A DNA stretch of 64,000 nt from Raillietiella orientalis. Its lineage: Eukaryota. Below the pieces are notes generated by a model that was not told where the DNA came from, did not search any database, and was given only the letters and a program-made list of their open reading frames with translations. The DNA is taken from the NCBI GenBank assembly GCA_036172245.1, contig JAYWIR010000025.1, positions 930,001 through 994,000 on the forward strand, read 5' to 3'. How positions within the stretch are numbered: position 1 is the first letter of the stretch; the number at the start of each line of letters is the position of its first letter. Positions 52,101 through 62,749 of this stretch are shown here, in pieces. The position numbers were made by a program, and so were the translations under genes.

Positions 52101-55100
52101 GATTCATAGGGAGGGCCTTTCCCGGGGTACTCCCTATCTTGAAGAATTACCCACCCTTGGGTGGCGTGGAACTGTGTCGAAGAACTGAGAAGACAGAAAA
52201 GAAGGATTTCCATCATCCTTCTGACTACGACGCACTTGCGTTAATCCTTGAAGACGACTTGACTCGAAGCCGGCATCCGGCACGTAGGAGAGAGAGATGG
52301 CACTTCTTAGAAAAGGGTTAAACAGAAGAAGGGTCGATTTTTTTTTTGTTTCATGGGATATCCACCAAGGATCATTTAGGATGGAATAAGGAAGACCACG
52401 GTTTTCATTCTGATGTTCGAGTTGCCAGGAGGTATTGGTCTGATCTGGAAGCTTTTGCTATCGACAATCCAATCATCACGACACTTTTCGTGACAGGGAC
52501 CTAACTTGAGATATGCTGAAAGCTTCACATCTCTCGACGGATGTTAAGGTTCAGCAGCTAGCATGGCACAGGGTCAGAATTAAACACACTTTATGAAATC
52601 ACCAGACGAGTCTGGACACGGATCTGCTAGGATGATGGATGACACCTAAGCAGAGGATGGGTCGATTGGAAGGAGTACTTGTGGGAAAAGTAATATTAGC
52701 ATGCAAAAGAAATCCAGTAATGGGAATATATGAGAATGAAGAATATTACTGGAAGAGTATAGTAACTTTGGATTGGTGAGAACAAGGATAGTGCAGACGG
52801 GAGTAACGACGGTTAAATAAGGGGTTTTAGGTTAGCGGTGGTCACATCGGTGAGTTTCCATGCTTTGGAAAAATGATAGAATTCCTCCTAATCATTTCAA
52901 GTAGCTTGAAGCTAATAGATGTTCGGTAGTGAGTCGTTTTTTAATGGGTACTTCATAAATAAGTACACTAAGAGAGTGCTGGAACCGTGATATTTCTGAG
53001 ATTTCTGGGGTCGAAGTCTGAAGTTACACAGGAAAATGGCACCTTTTTACTATTATGAATATTAAGAGGATTCAATAGTAAGCAGAAAGTGGTGAGATTG
53101 AAACAAGTTGTTAGGCGGTATCCATGGATGAAGCACGAAACAGCTGTGAATGCAACTGTCTAGACAGAACACAATGAAAGGGAACTACAACTCATCAGTT
53201 GTCAAGTATCTGTCATCGAACAGATCAGTTCCTGTTAAATTCAGTGAGTTTTCATGCTTGTGCGTGTGTGCGGGTCCTTTCACAACTAAACATGCCCAAA
53301 AATTACTCCTTGTTTCTTCGTCGCCTCAGAAGCATCTTTATTTCCACATTGCCAAAGCTCTTGACGTCCAGAAAAGACTTGGCGAACAAATTCTGAAGTA
53401 AAAATCCTTTCAGTCGAAGAGTAACGGCTACAATTTGCAAATTCTTTGATCCAGTTGAGTTTTTTTTGACACATATGGCAGCTAGGTTGCTCGTGGAAGC
53501 AATACTCTGTTGGCTCCAATATCTTCCTCGTCACTGTAGCTGTCAGCCTTCATCCTCTTGAGAGTACTCGAGACCTTTTTGGAATGTCTTTGCAGTTTCT
53601 GAATCGTTCTCGTTGACATCAATGCAGAGAAAAGACTACTGAAGCGATTTTCGCAAGACTAAATTCTATCTATTAACGTTATCTTCAAATGGCTTTTGTT
53701 TTCGCTGATCATTTCTTGCAATGAATCTGCCTTTGCTGGAAACAAGCTAGTTTGGTCCAGGCTTCCTTTTCACGCAGAGCATAGAATTGTCTTCTGTTGT
53801 ATGTAGACACCAGTAAGCAATTCAGTGTCCCTAGCACTCTCAATAGCTGTCTACAGCCAGGGTCAGAGCTGTTGTTCGATTGGTTGAGTCAGAGATGCGT
53901 TTCAGTCAACATCAACATTATCATTAATATCATTAATGCTCTCTATGAGCAGGAATCATCTGGTGATCGCTACATTTTTTGTAGAAGAACTTTATGCCCT
54001 TGTTCCGATATTTCAGCAGCCACCCAAGCATTTCAGTGTCTGAACGCGCCTTGCAAGCCCGTCATCTCTTGCGCTTATGATGACCCTTGGGTGAGCTCTT
54101 GCCCGCCTTCCACGCTGTGCTGCCACTGACTCTGTTATTTGAAACTCTTTCCAGTGGTGAATGAAAAAAATAACAGCTAAAATGGTCAAGCTAAATGGAC
54201 TTTCAATATAACGTCTTCATTTTTCTAAGTCATCTTTTCAATCTTCCAAGTCTTCATCCTTGGCAAGCCATCCTTCTGACCCGACATGAGAGAACAACAG
54301 CCGTGACTTTGTGCGTGCAGCTTTTGAAATTCAACTGCATTGCGTACCGGCACTCGTCCAACTGGGACGTCGCAATTTGGGAATCTTCTTGGCTTTTCTC
54401 AGTGGCGTCTAACTACTGACTGGAATCGCATATTGAAAAGGCTCTGCTCAATATTGGTGCAGCAGAACGTTTCCAACATCCGATTTACACACTCTCCCGT
54501 TTCTCATCAGGACTAACGTTGCTTTTCTATCCCTTAAAAATTGCTCCTCTACGCAGTTGGATTCTTTCAGTGGCTCTGATTTCCTCCCAAATTTTCTCAA
54601 CTTCTGGTGGAGTGTCCTCTCCATCAGTTTCTTCAAACAAATGAACCTGCTGTCCCTCGCAGTAACGCTAAGTACTCACAATGACCTTAAGTACATAGGT
54701 CAAGTCATGTTGTCTGCTCGCGGTCACTCACTCACCTATTTCGGAGAGAAAAAAAAGCTGCGTCGTTTAGATCGGCAACAGCCTTTTAGTAGGCATTTGC
54801 TGCGTGTAAACCAGTTCCACGTCTTGTTCGTGACGATTCCTCTTGGCTGGTAGCACAAACTTTAGCACAAAAAGAGTGAAGAAAGAGGTGTTGCTGTACT
54901 TTGATTTCCTGATGTCCCGTCAGAAGTAAAATGGCTGTTTGGTCCGTAGGCGTGGAGGACATTGTGAATGGATGCCTTTTTGCGCCCAAAGCCACTGAGA
55001 GCTTTTGCTGCTTGGTATCCACAAAATGGAGAGGATTTATGGTTTTTGACTAAAAAGCCGATTTGAGTTTCGATCGGCGTAAGCCAGAATTGTTTCTGTC

Positions 55101-58100
55101 TCTAAATGGTGATGAACTTTCTTCTTAAGGGAAGGATTAGGAGGTTGAAACATCTTTTCGTTGGGAAGCATTGCAAAATGTGTTGATGGCGATGCAAGGG
55201 GTTTTTGAGGTGGTAATGGTATTGTCGAGAGTAGTTTATGTAACTTTTGTTGAACGTAAGATTTTAGGGGAGTGTAATAGCAGGAGGTAGCACAGCCTTT
55301 AAGTGATAGGTTGAAGCTATTGGGTCAGAGGTATTATAAATTGGCAGGTATTAAGATTTCATGTCGAGAAGCAACGTATGCAACCAGCCGGCAAGCATTC
55401 ATCTGGTTTTGGGGGCTCTGAATCCACATGCGCTCAATCAAGACCGAATTAACAAGTACGCAGTGGAGGTTGGATGGGTCCATCGAGGGAATTCGTCGAT
55501 GTGCGATAAGTGGGGCGCATGTGTTCCGGAGAGCACTATGAATGCGGGTTCCACTGGATGGAGCCAAATGCTTGCCTTGTGGTTCGAAGGGATGGTTAGC
55601 ATCTCTTTGAGACGAAACGCTTTGTTTAGATGGATCCATTGGTTAAAGGAAAGTCTTTCGAAATCTGGCTTTCTGGCTCCTCCTGTGAAGTTTCAAACCC
55701 ACTACCTTTCTCTTCATGATAAAATGGTCTGCAGATCTCCAAGACGAGGTGAACCGTGATTTCATGCGTCTTCTTTATGAATAGGTGGAAGGTTCTGTGT
55801 GACACAAATAAAGGATCAGACGACATGCAGCAGAAGTTAGGTTTAATGTTACTGAAAGGTGGGAGTTGCTGGTGGTTTAAAAAAGCAGCACGAAGTTCTT
55901 CAAATGCCCGCTGAAGACTTCTTAAAGCACTGATGAAATGAAGGAAAGTCAACAAAGGCGACTTTCAGTCTTCAGCAGGCATTTGAGGAAATTCGCTAGC
56001 AGACCATACTGACGGAATAAGGGAAGTCACTCTCATTTCGTTCACAAAGCACTGCGACAGAATCGGATAGCGCTCTCTGGAAGAACAGAATGGATTCTGG
56101 CTGACAGCTGTCGACACGCTGGAGTCCATCGAGATTTTCAGAAGATCTGTTTTCTTGCGTGACTGCTGCCACATCGGGGGACTACAAAAAGTGCGGGTGC
56201 AACATACCTCAGACAACGGCGTCAGAGGAGCTTAGCTACAAGAACCCGGAGCAGAAGGCGGCGATGGCAGAAAGGTCTCCGAAACAGCTCGAGTTGTCAT
56301 TCTCTAGAGGGAAGAAATCTGACCGAGAGGGACGATGAGGAAAACATGTAAGTTATCAGGAAATCGCGAGCAATGGACCATTCTTTGGTGATCTCGAAAG
56401 ATTTTCTTCCGGAAGGAGATCCTCAAGAACGACCTAGGTCAAAACGAGTGGCGCCAAATTCGTGTTGTCCTCGTGTGCCCTCGTTGCTTTGCGCGGTCGG
56501 TGGTGCAACGGCAGGGTTGCTGGAACTTTCTCTTGTTTGGGCCAGAAGGAAAAACCACGTGACACTGAGAATGTTGCCTGCTGCCGCAGACTTCGTTCAT
56601 ATCCATGTTTTTTTGGGTGGGGTGGAGTGAGAGTCGAGCGGGAAAGGTGGTGGGCGAAAAGTTGCCAGTGCTGTCCGTCAGCACGTCGCTGTCGATGGCA
56701 GCACTGCAGAACGGTGACAGGTGGCTCGGAGCAGATGCGTTCGCCACGCGAGTTCTTTCGGAGTTTTCCTACGCAGCCCTCTCCGCACGGGTCCAGGGCA
56801 AGCGGTCTGAGGTGCAGGAGATTCGACGTGCGCGTAGCCGTGGTTTCTCATTTCTCGTTCTAAGATGCTGGAGGATCAGGAAAGGAAGAAGAATGCTGAC
56901 CCAATCCGTTGGGAACGGAGCGTCCCTCGAGCTCTTCCGTTCCGTTTCTCTTTCACAGTCACTTACGCTCGAACAGGTGGGAGGCTGGGAGGAGATTATC
57001 GCGTGACCAGTAGCTGCAGGGCTTTGTTCCTGGGCTTGCGAACCTATAGGAAGCTGTGCTCCTCTTCTCCTATCCTTCTTCGTGGGGAACTTCTTTCCCT
57101 TTTTTCATTTCGCCCGTGCTCCTCAAACGCGGCTCGTCCCCTTCCACTCTTCTTTCTTCAGCTCTCCTTCTCCATCCCTGCTCTTTCCTCTGCCGCCGCC
57201 TCCTTTTGTGCTCCTGAGAAAGGTGCGAACTCCGTGACGGCAGCGGGCGAGAGTCCGAGACGTCCCGCAATCCCGTCGTCGTCTTCCCGGACCAATCGCT
57301 TTTCTTCAATGAAGACGGAAGGACGATGGGTGAAGTGGGTGTCTTCCCTTGAAAATTCGCTCCTCCCCCCCTCCCGACCGGCGAGGCGGGAGCCCTTCAT
57401 CAACGCCGGACCTCTGTATTCCTCGAAGGCGTTGAGAGAGGAGCTCCGACTGTGGATCTCAGGAGGGCACGAGTGGGGTGGCTGTAGGGCGGTAGAGGAG
57501 AGGGCATCTCTTAGAAGCGAACCTCATGCTGTGGTTTCTGTGTTTCTCCCTCAGGCAGCGCGCACTTGAGAAGGCCGAGGCGATCACCGACCACATCGCA
57601 TACCCCAATGAGCTGCTCAACGACGTCGCCCTCAACGGGCTGTACGCAAACGTGAGTACCGCCGGGACTTCCGACACGAGGTTCGGACGGTGGGTGGGCT
57701 CTGCCCTGGTCAGCTAACTCTGGCTCCGGACGAGTTCCTGAAAAACCAAATCAGGGTCACTTCCCACTTCCGGAACTACAAGCTGAGGAGGTTCAGGGAA
57801 AAGGTCGACAAGAACGACTGGGTGGCCCACAGCAACGCCGTGGCCGTGAACGCCTTCTACAGCTCCCTGGAGAACAGCATCCGTGAGTTTTTGGCATCCC
57901 CGATCCTCCAGGACGCGCTCCTCCCTCCTCCGGGGCGGAGGGCTCATGCGGAGCTTGCAGAGTTCCCGGCCGGCATCTTGCAGGGGACGTTCTTCCACAA
58001 GGACCGCCCCAGGTACCTCAATTACGGTAGCATCGGGTTCGTCATCGGCCACGAGATCACTCACGGGTTCGACGACACGGTAAGGTTGTCCTCCCTTCAC

Positions 58101-59992
58101 CTCCCTTCACGCGTCGCATGGCCGGCGGCACACATGACTTTTTCCCCTCCTCACCCCTAGGGAAGGCAGTTTGACAGGCTGGGCAACCTGGACGACTGGT
58201 GGGCGAAGGAGACTGAAGAGAGCTTCCTCAACCGCACCCAGTGCATCATCTGGCAGTACGGCAACTACAGCTCTCAGGAGCTCAACATCTCCGTAAGTCT
58301 ATGAGCCGCGGTCCTGTCTCTCCCGCTCCGCTCTACGAACGGAACCCACCGCGACCTCGCCGTTCAATTGCCTCTTCCAACCAAGGAGAGATCGAGAGGC
58401 GGGGGGGAGAAGTGGGAGGAAGCAAGGGAGGAGGAGGTCGAAGGTCCCTCAGCAGCAGCCCCTTGTCCTGACCCCCAGCAAGGATCTCCCCTGTTCTTCC
58501 TCCTCCCCCATCGCTTCTTCTCCGTTGGGAATCTTCTTCTCCGCCTTCTCCCGGCCAGAGTCAGGACTCTCGGCTTGCTCCGCAGTGACCATCCTCGAGC
58601 GACCTTGTTCCTCGCGTCCCTCTTCGCGAGGAATCTGAGGGTTGCCGGGATCTCCTCCGCTTTCCCGAAGGCCGGTCCACCCAGGGAGAAGAGAGAACTT
58701 CTCCCGCACCCGTGCTCATTGGCCTCTTCACTTTCCAGCTTTTTTCTCTTCTTCGGGCTTTCTTTTTTTTTTTGGTTCACCAAGTGCTGAAGAACCGTTT
58801 ACCTCGTTAAGCGGGGAGGGGGAAGGGGGGAAAGAATTCACGAAGCTTTTTGACACTGTCCACGCCACCCGGGAGGGGTGCGTCTAGTAACTCTTCAAGT
58901 TAGGGGCACCTCGGGAGGGGACCACTCCATGAATCCAGGAAGCACCTCCGGAAGAAGGGGTCCGTTCCTCTCACGCTTGGGAACGAGCCCTGAAGGGAAC
59001 CACTCGCCACCTTGGTTGACTCCGAGGAGAACCCAGAAAGAAACCTCTTTCCTATTCTTTCCGGAGGCACTCCCCGGTTTGTGGGGGCCACTCATTTCTT
59101 CACCGAAGAAAACCCCGAGAGGAATCCGCTCCTGGAATTTCTTCTCCGGAGGAACCCCCTGGAAAGGATCCGTTTCTTGTTTCCTTCTCTGAAGAGAACC
59201 CCGAAGGGACGCTTCTTGATTTCTGTGAAGGGTGGTTTCCCGAAGAGAGCAGCGCGCTTCTTCGCACCTGGAGAGGTCTTTACCAGCTCCATATTGCGAG
59301 CTGGAGTGTTCCTTCCCAAGGGGAAGGACAGCTTCATTTGCACTACAGGAGGGGGAAACCCGAAAGGAACCGTCCCATTTATGTCCTGGAAGGACCCCGG
59401 AGAGTCAACTTTCAGTCCTGGACAGTCAACCGGGACATCCGGTTTCCGGCTTCCACTCCGCGCCGCACCTGGAGCTTGCAGGCCAACCAGCGTTATCTTG
59501 TAGGGTGAACTCGAAACCCATTTCTCCATTTCTCGGTGTCCACCCCTTCCCTGGTGGGATTCGAACTTACAGCGCTTGGCACCACGCGCGGAGAGACCGC
59601 AGCCGCATGGCCGCTCACGCGGGCCTTCACCTCTCCCCTCTGTGTTGCAGCTGAACGGCATCAACACCCAAGGGGAGAACATCGCTGACAACGGCGGCAT
59701 GAAGGAGGCCTACGCCGCTTATAGGAAATGGGTCGAGGAGCACGGTCCAGAGAAGAAGCTTCCAGGACTGCTGGAGTACAGCCCCCACCAGCTCTTCTGG
59801 CTAGCCCTGGCCAACGTCTGGTGCTCCAACCACACGCCAGAGAAGCTGAAGATCAACATCCTCACGGGCGTGCACTCTCCGTCGCAGTTCCGCGTCATCG
59901 GAGCGATGAGCAACAGCGAGGAGTTCGCCGCGGATTTCCAGTGTCCCCTCGGATCCAGGATGAACCCCGTCAACAAGTGCAGCGTCTGGTAA
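43134..59992 (+). CDS. Nep2: Neprilysin-2-like zinc metallopeptidase (peptidase M13), 13 coding exons, ~731 aa
   Basis: Exons 43134(ATG; acceptor at 43124)-43245, 46472-46543, 48498-48743, 49133-49341, 50171-50347, 50404-50621, 50684-50842, 50885-51028, 57555-57651, 57714-57882, 57961-58079, 58161-58292, 59651-59992. They total 2196 nt, all introns are GT-AG and phases are consistent. Motifs: WGRRTRMEK + TM anchor, [49 protein letters not shown] (58050-58064), [19 protein letters not shown]-stop. The start codon and Nep2 orthology are less certain than the family call. Confidence 0.95.
43380..44500 (-). mobile_element. Helitron Rep-domain relic in neprilysin intron 1
   Basis: Colinear minus-strand motifs: [29 protein letters not shown] (cf. 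ExxRLxYIRxNQxxLRA), PSSL (LPSSF), PTWRQI (NPxWxEI), LFQTQL and KRGP (QKRGLPH). Confidence 0.55.
47200..48000 (-). mobile_element. hAT (Buster/Charlie-type) transposase relic in intron 2
   Basis: Minus strand KWSLAMDS (FSLALDES), ADGGM (TDGAxxM) and YHCILQ (HCxxH) in the correct order. Confidence 0.45.
51423..52190 (+). mobile_element. tRNA-headed SINE-like element, copy D (diverged subfamily)
   Basis: Starts GCGTCGG with complementary CGACGC at 51502-51507 (acceptor-stem-like, as in arthropod tRNA-Gly-TCC). B-box-like GGTTCGAATAC at 51480-51490. The body is homologous to the reverse complement of copies A/E (aaattccagga, cgtgagaggaac, cttcctggattcat, gggtggcgtgga). Confidence 0.85.
52380..53000 (-). 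mobile_element. LINE reverse-transcriptase relic
   Basis: Minus strand [11 protein letters not shown] (PxxWKxAxV), NRPIL (NYRPIS) and [10 protein letters not shown] (LDxxKAFD) in order. Confidence 0.55.
55620..56220 (-). mobile_element. LINE (CR1/L2/Jockey-like) ORF2 3'-end relic
   Basis: Minus strand FCSPPMW...DL...LDGLQR (cf. YCSPVW...LExxQR) and [12 protein letters not shown] (cf. FxxRxxxxWNxLP). Confidence 0.4.
58763..59620 (-). mobile_element. tRNA-headed SINE-like element, copy E (apparently full length, ~860 bp) in the last neprilysin intron
   Basis: Head with B-box GTTCGAATCC (reverse complement of 59557-59566), body shared with copies A and D, and an A11 tail (T run 58763-58773). 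Candidate TSD gggctttc (58755-58762) / gggccttc (59621-59628). Confidence 0.88.
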
Positions 59993-60883
59993 TGCGTCCC
60001 TTCCGTCCCCCCCCCCCCCCCCCACTAATCCCTCCGGATGGCAGCGTGCAGTGTGCGTCGCAATTTTCATACATTTTCACATTTTCTTCCCCTTTCCCTC
60101 CCTCACCCCCTTCTCTCTTTCTCTCTCTCTTTCTCCAATCCCCGAGATCGGTGAACATCTAATCTGGAGCCTGCTCTTCCCGTCCGGTCGGGTCCTCGTC
60201 GCAAGGGCTGTGCCGCTTCTCCGGTTTGCCCAACCTTCCTCCTCGTCCCAAAGAAAAGTGTCCCATCGACACCCTCCGAGACCCGACCGGGAAGAAGGCA
60301 AAGGGAAGGAAGGGATGAGACCAACGGAGAACTTCGAACGGTGAAGTTCCGCGAGAAGAGGCGCCCTTGAGATGGCGTTTTCCGGACCTGCGGACTCCAC
60401 AGTGCTACATTTCCAGTGTTTTCTTTTTTTTATATACACATACGCGCTCACGCACGCGCACGCCCACACACACGCACACCGTTTGATTGTGATCGGGAGA
60501 ATCGGAACGGCTCCAGCGTGTTGTCTCGGAATACACCCATATCTCTTGTCGGATGCCCTCTCGTTGTTGGGGTCTTCTTCCGTGACAGGCCGCTGATCCG
60601 CCGCGCTTCCTTTGGGTCAGCGGTAGCTGCAGTGCATCTTGGACAAAAGACCAAAAGGGCGATATGTGATGCAAGGAAGAGGAGATGCCTGCTGTTCAAG
60701 CTTCCACTCCTCACCTCGCCAGAGGAGCACCTGTGGGGACGCGCTCTTGCTTTTCCGAGGTTCCGAGATGCAGGTGCGCCGTGGGTCAGCGTTCGACGTG
60801 GTTCTTGTCCTCTTGCATCGACAAGCACAGGAAGGAAAAGATGGAAAGCTCTCGAAAATACCAGAGTCGGGTCATTAAGAAGA

Positions 60884-60889
60884 AATAAA
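60884..60889 (+). promoter_or_regulatory. Candidate polyadenylation signal of the neprilysin gene
   Basis: First AATAAA I see downstream of the stop (~890 nt), followed by a T-rich tract at ~60903. Confidence 0.4.
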
Positions 60890-61629
60890 ATTCTGTGGAA
60901 GATTTTTTTTTCTGCATTGTCTTATGCTGCTTTCTGAAATGCCAGGAGCTGTTTTTCGGCAGCAGTTCCATCGGTCGGGTGCATTCAACAGCCGCCTCGA
61001 TGTCAGATGTTTCCAAAACTTATGAAGGGAGTCCCCTTCAACCTTTTTGAGAACTTACAAGTTTCTGAAGATGCAGGTCTCATCTTTAGAGTCGAGGTGA
61101 CCTCAACTTCAAAAAGAGCACTCCAAGAAACATGGACAATCTGTGTGGACTCTTCCTCTTCTCTCCATGTTTGGCGTGTTCTCTGTTCCTCTTGTGCCGG
61201 AAGTGGGAGAAAGAGGTCTTTTGCAGGTCATCTGTCTTCAAATGGCAGGCTGCAATGACCGTCGCATTTCGGTGACTGTCAAATTGAGCGACATTTGACC
61301 CGTGGTCAGTTCTGAGCGAGCGTCATCGAAAAGCTAGAGAAGTAGCCAGTTCAGATGGCAGCTTTCACCCAGTCAGACAAGCAGTGGAGTGTTTTATTGA
61401 AAATTAAATCCCACAAATTGAAAGAATTGGAGCAATCAACCAATGACACGTGTTTGCTGCCACTGTCACTATTTAATTTTCGTTAATGAGCACACTTCGG
61501 TCTGCTTCTTGAACTCTCTTTAGCGAGTTTAAGCATGCAGTCTTCTGCAGCTCTGAGTCCCAACTCCTTTCAGGAGTCCTTCTAGTGTTTCTCTCGCTGT
61601 CGCTCTCACCTTCAGTCGAAGTTCATTTC

Positions 61630-62600
61630 TCCTTACGAGGGTGTTCCGGATGAAGAGGGTGATGGTCTCTCTTATAATGTGGTTGTATTTCGAGACGCTA
61701 CATCATCCTCGGGCAGTCCTCTTAGGACCTTTAGCCTGGCAATGCTCCGGAGTCCAACTTCCTGATTCACTGCTTCGCAGTCCTGGGAAGGCAGGTGGAG
61801 ATTTGGTATGTGTTTCCCGGTCCGCCGCATGTAGGGCAGAATTCTGCATCAGCATCTCCTGCCTAGAGTCGCATCCTCGCGCTGCTCATGAGCTCCCTCC
61901 TCGAGAAAGCAATCAGGAGACCGTCTTGTACTCCTGGTAGAAGGTCGGGTGTCCATATTGCGTAGGGCTGCGTTACCGGTGTTCCGTACATGATTCCGGT
62001 CCGTCCTAGGTGCTCATCTGCTCTTATGTTGTCCTTCAAGCTTTTGTGGTTCACTTTGATCTATACCACTGTGCAAGCTTTCCACAGCATCTTGGATTTT
62101 CAGGTGCCTTACGGCTGTTGTTTACAGCCAAGCGATCTCGCTCAGTGAATTTTGGAACTCAGAGACAGCTGTGCGCATTCCTTAAACATCAAATCTGGTC
62201 TTCTAAAACATTTTTCTGTTGCCCATGGATGACACTAAGAGACACTGAGATCATCTCAGAGGGTCTTGCCTCTTCCAGAAGCTGTTGCTTCTTGGACATA
62301 CCTTTCGCCTTGTCTCTCTGACAAAACTCTGGTTGCCGATCAAGGCTGCACTTCTACCTTCCTACATTCTCCCGTGCTGTACAGAAGGGAAGGTGTCAGT
62401 CAGGTCATCTGTCCCATTAGTGAGCCTTGAGTAGGGCCAATCTCCCCATTCGGTCGTTTGCTGTGCTATTTTGCCGCAGGTACCGGAGCTCGGTGCCAAT
62501 CTCTTGCGCACTGGTTTCGTCCTTTGCTCTTGGACAACCGAGGAACTTAATCTTTCCCGTCTTTTCATAGGAGAGTTTGTTGGACATCGGCGGGGTTTCT
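61630..62600 (-). mobile_element. Non-LTR retrotransposon 3' relic with CCHC-like finger
   Basis: Minus strand FCPTCGGP...TC resembles the terminal CxxC..H..C of LINE ORF2; otherwise degenerate. Confidence 0.35.
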
Positions 62601-62749
62601 TCTCATTTTCTCGGGAGGATGGGTTCAAGATTACGGGAAGCTTTCCTTGCACATCTCCTTGGTTTCAAGGGAAGAAGGGTGAACTTTGCTCATGAATCGC
62701 GGTTTGGTTCCATCAGCAATCAGGACGCTTTCGTGCAGCGTTTGGGTAG

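Noticed and set aside
58861..58890. Helitron 3' end (hairpin + CTAG)
   Set aside because: CTAG is absent from the other copies and homology continues on both sides, so it is internal to the SINE.
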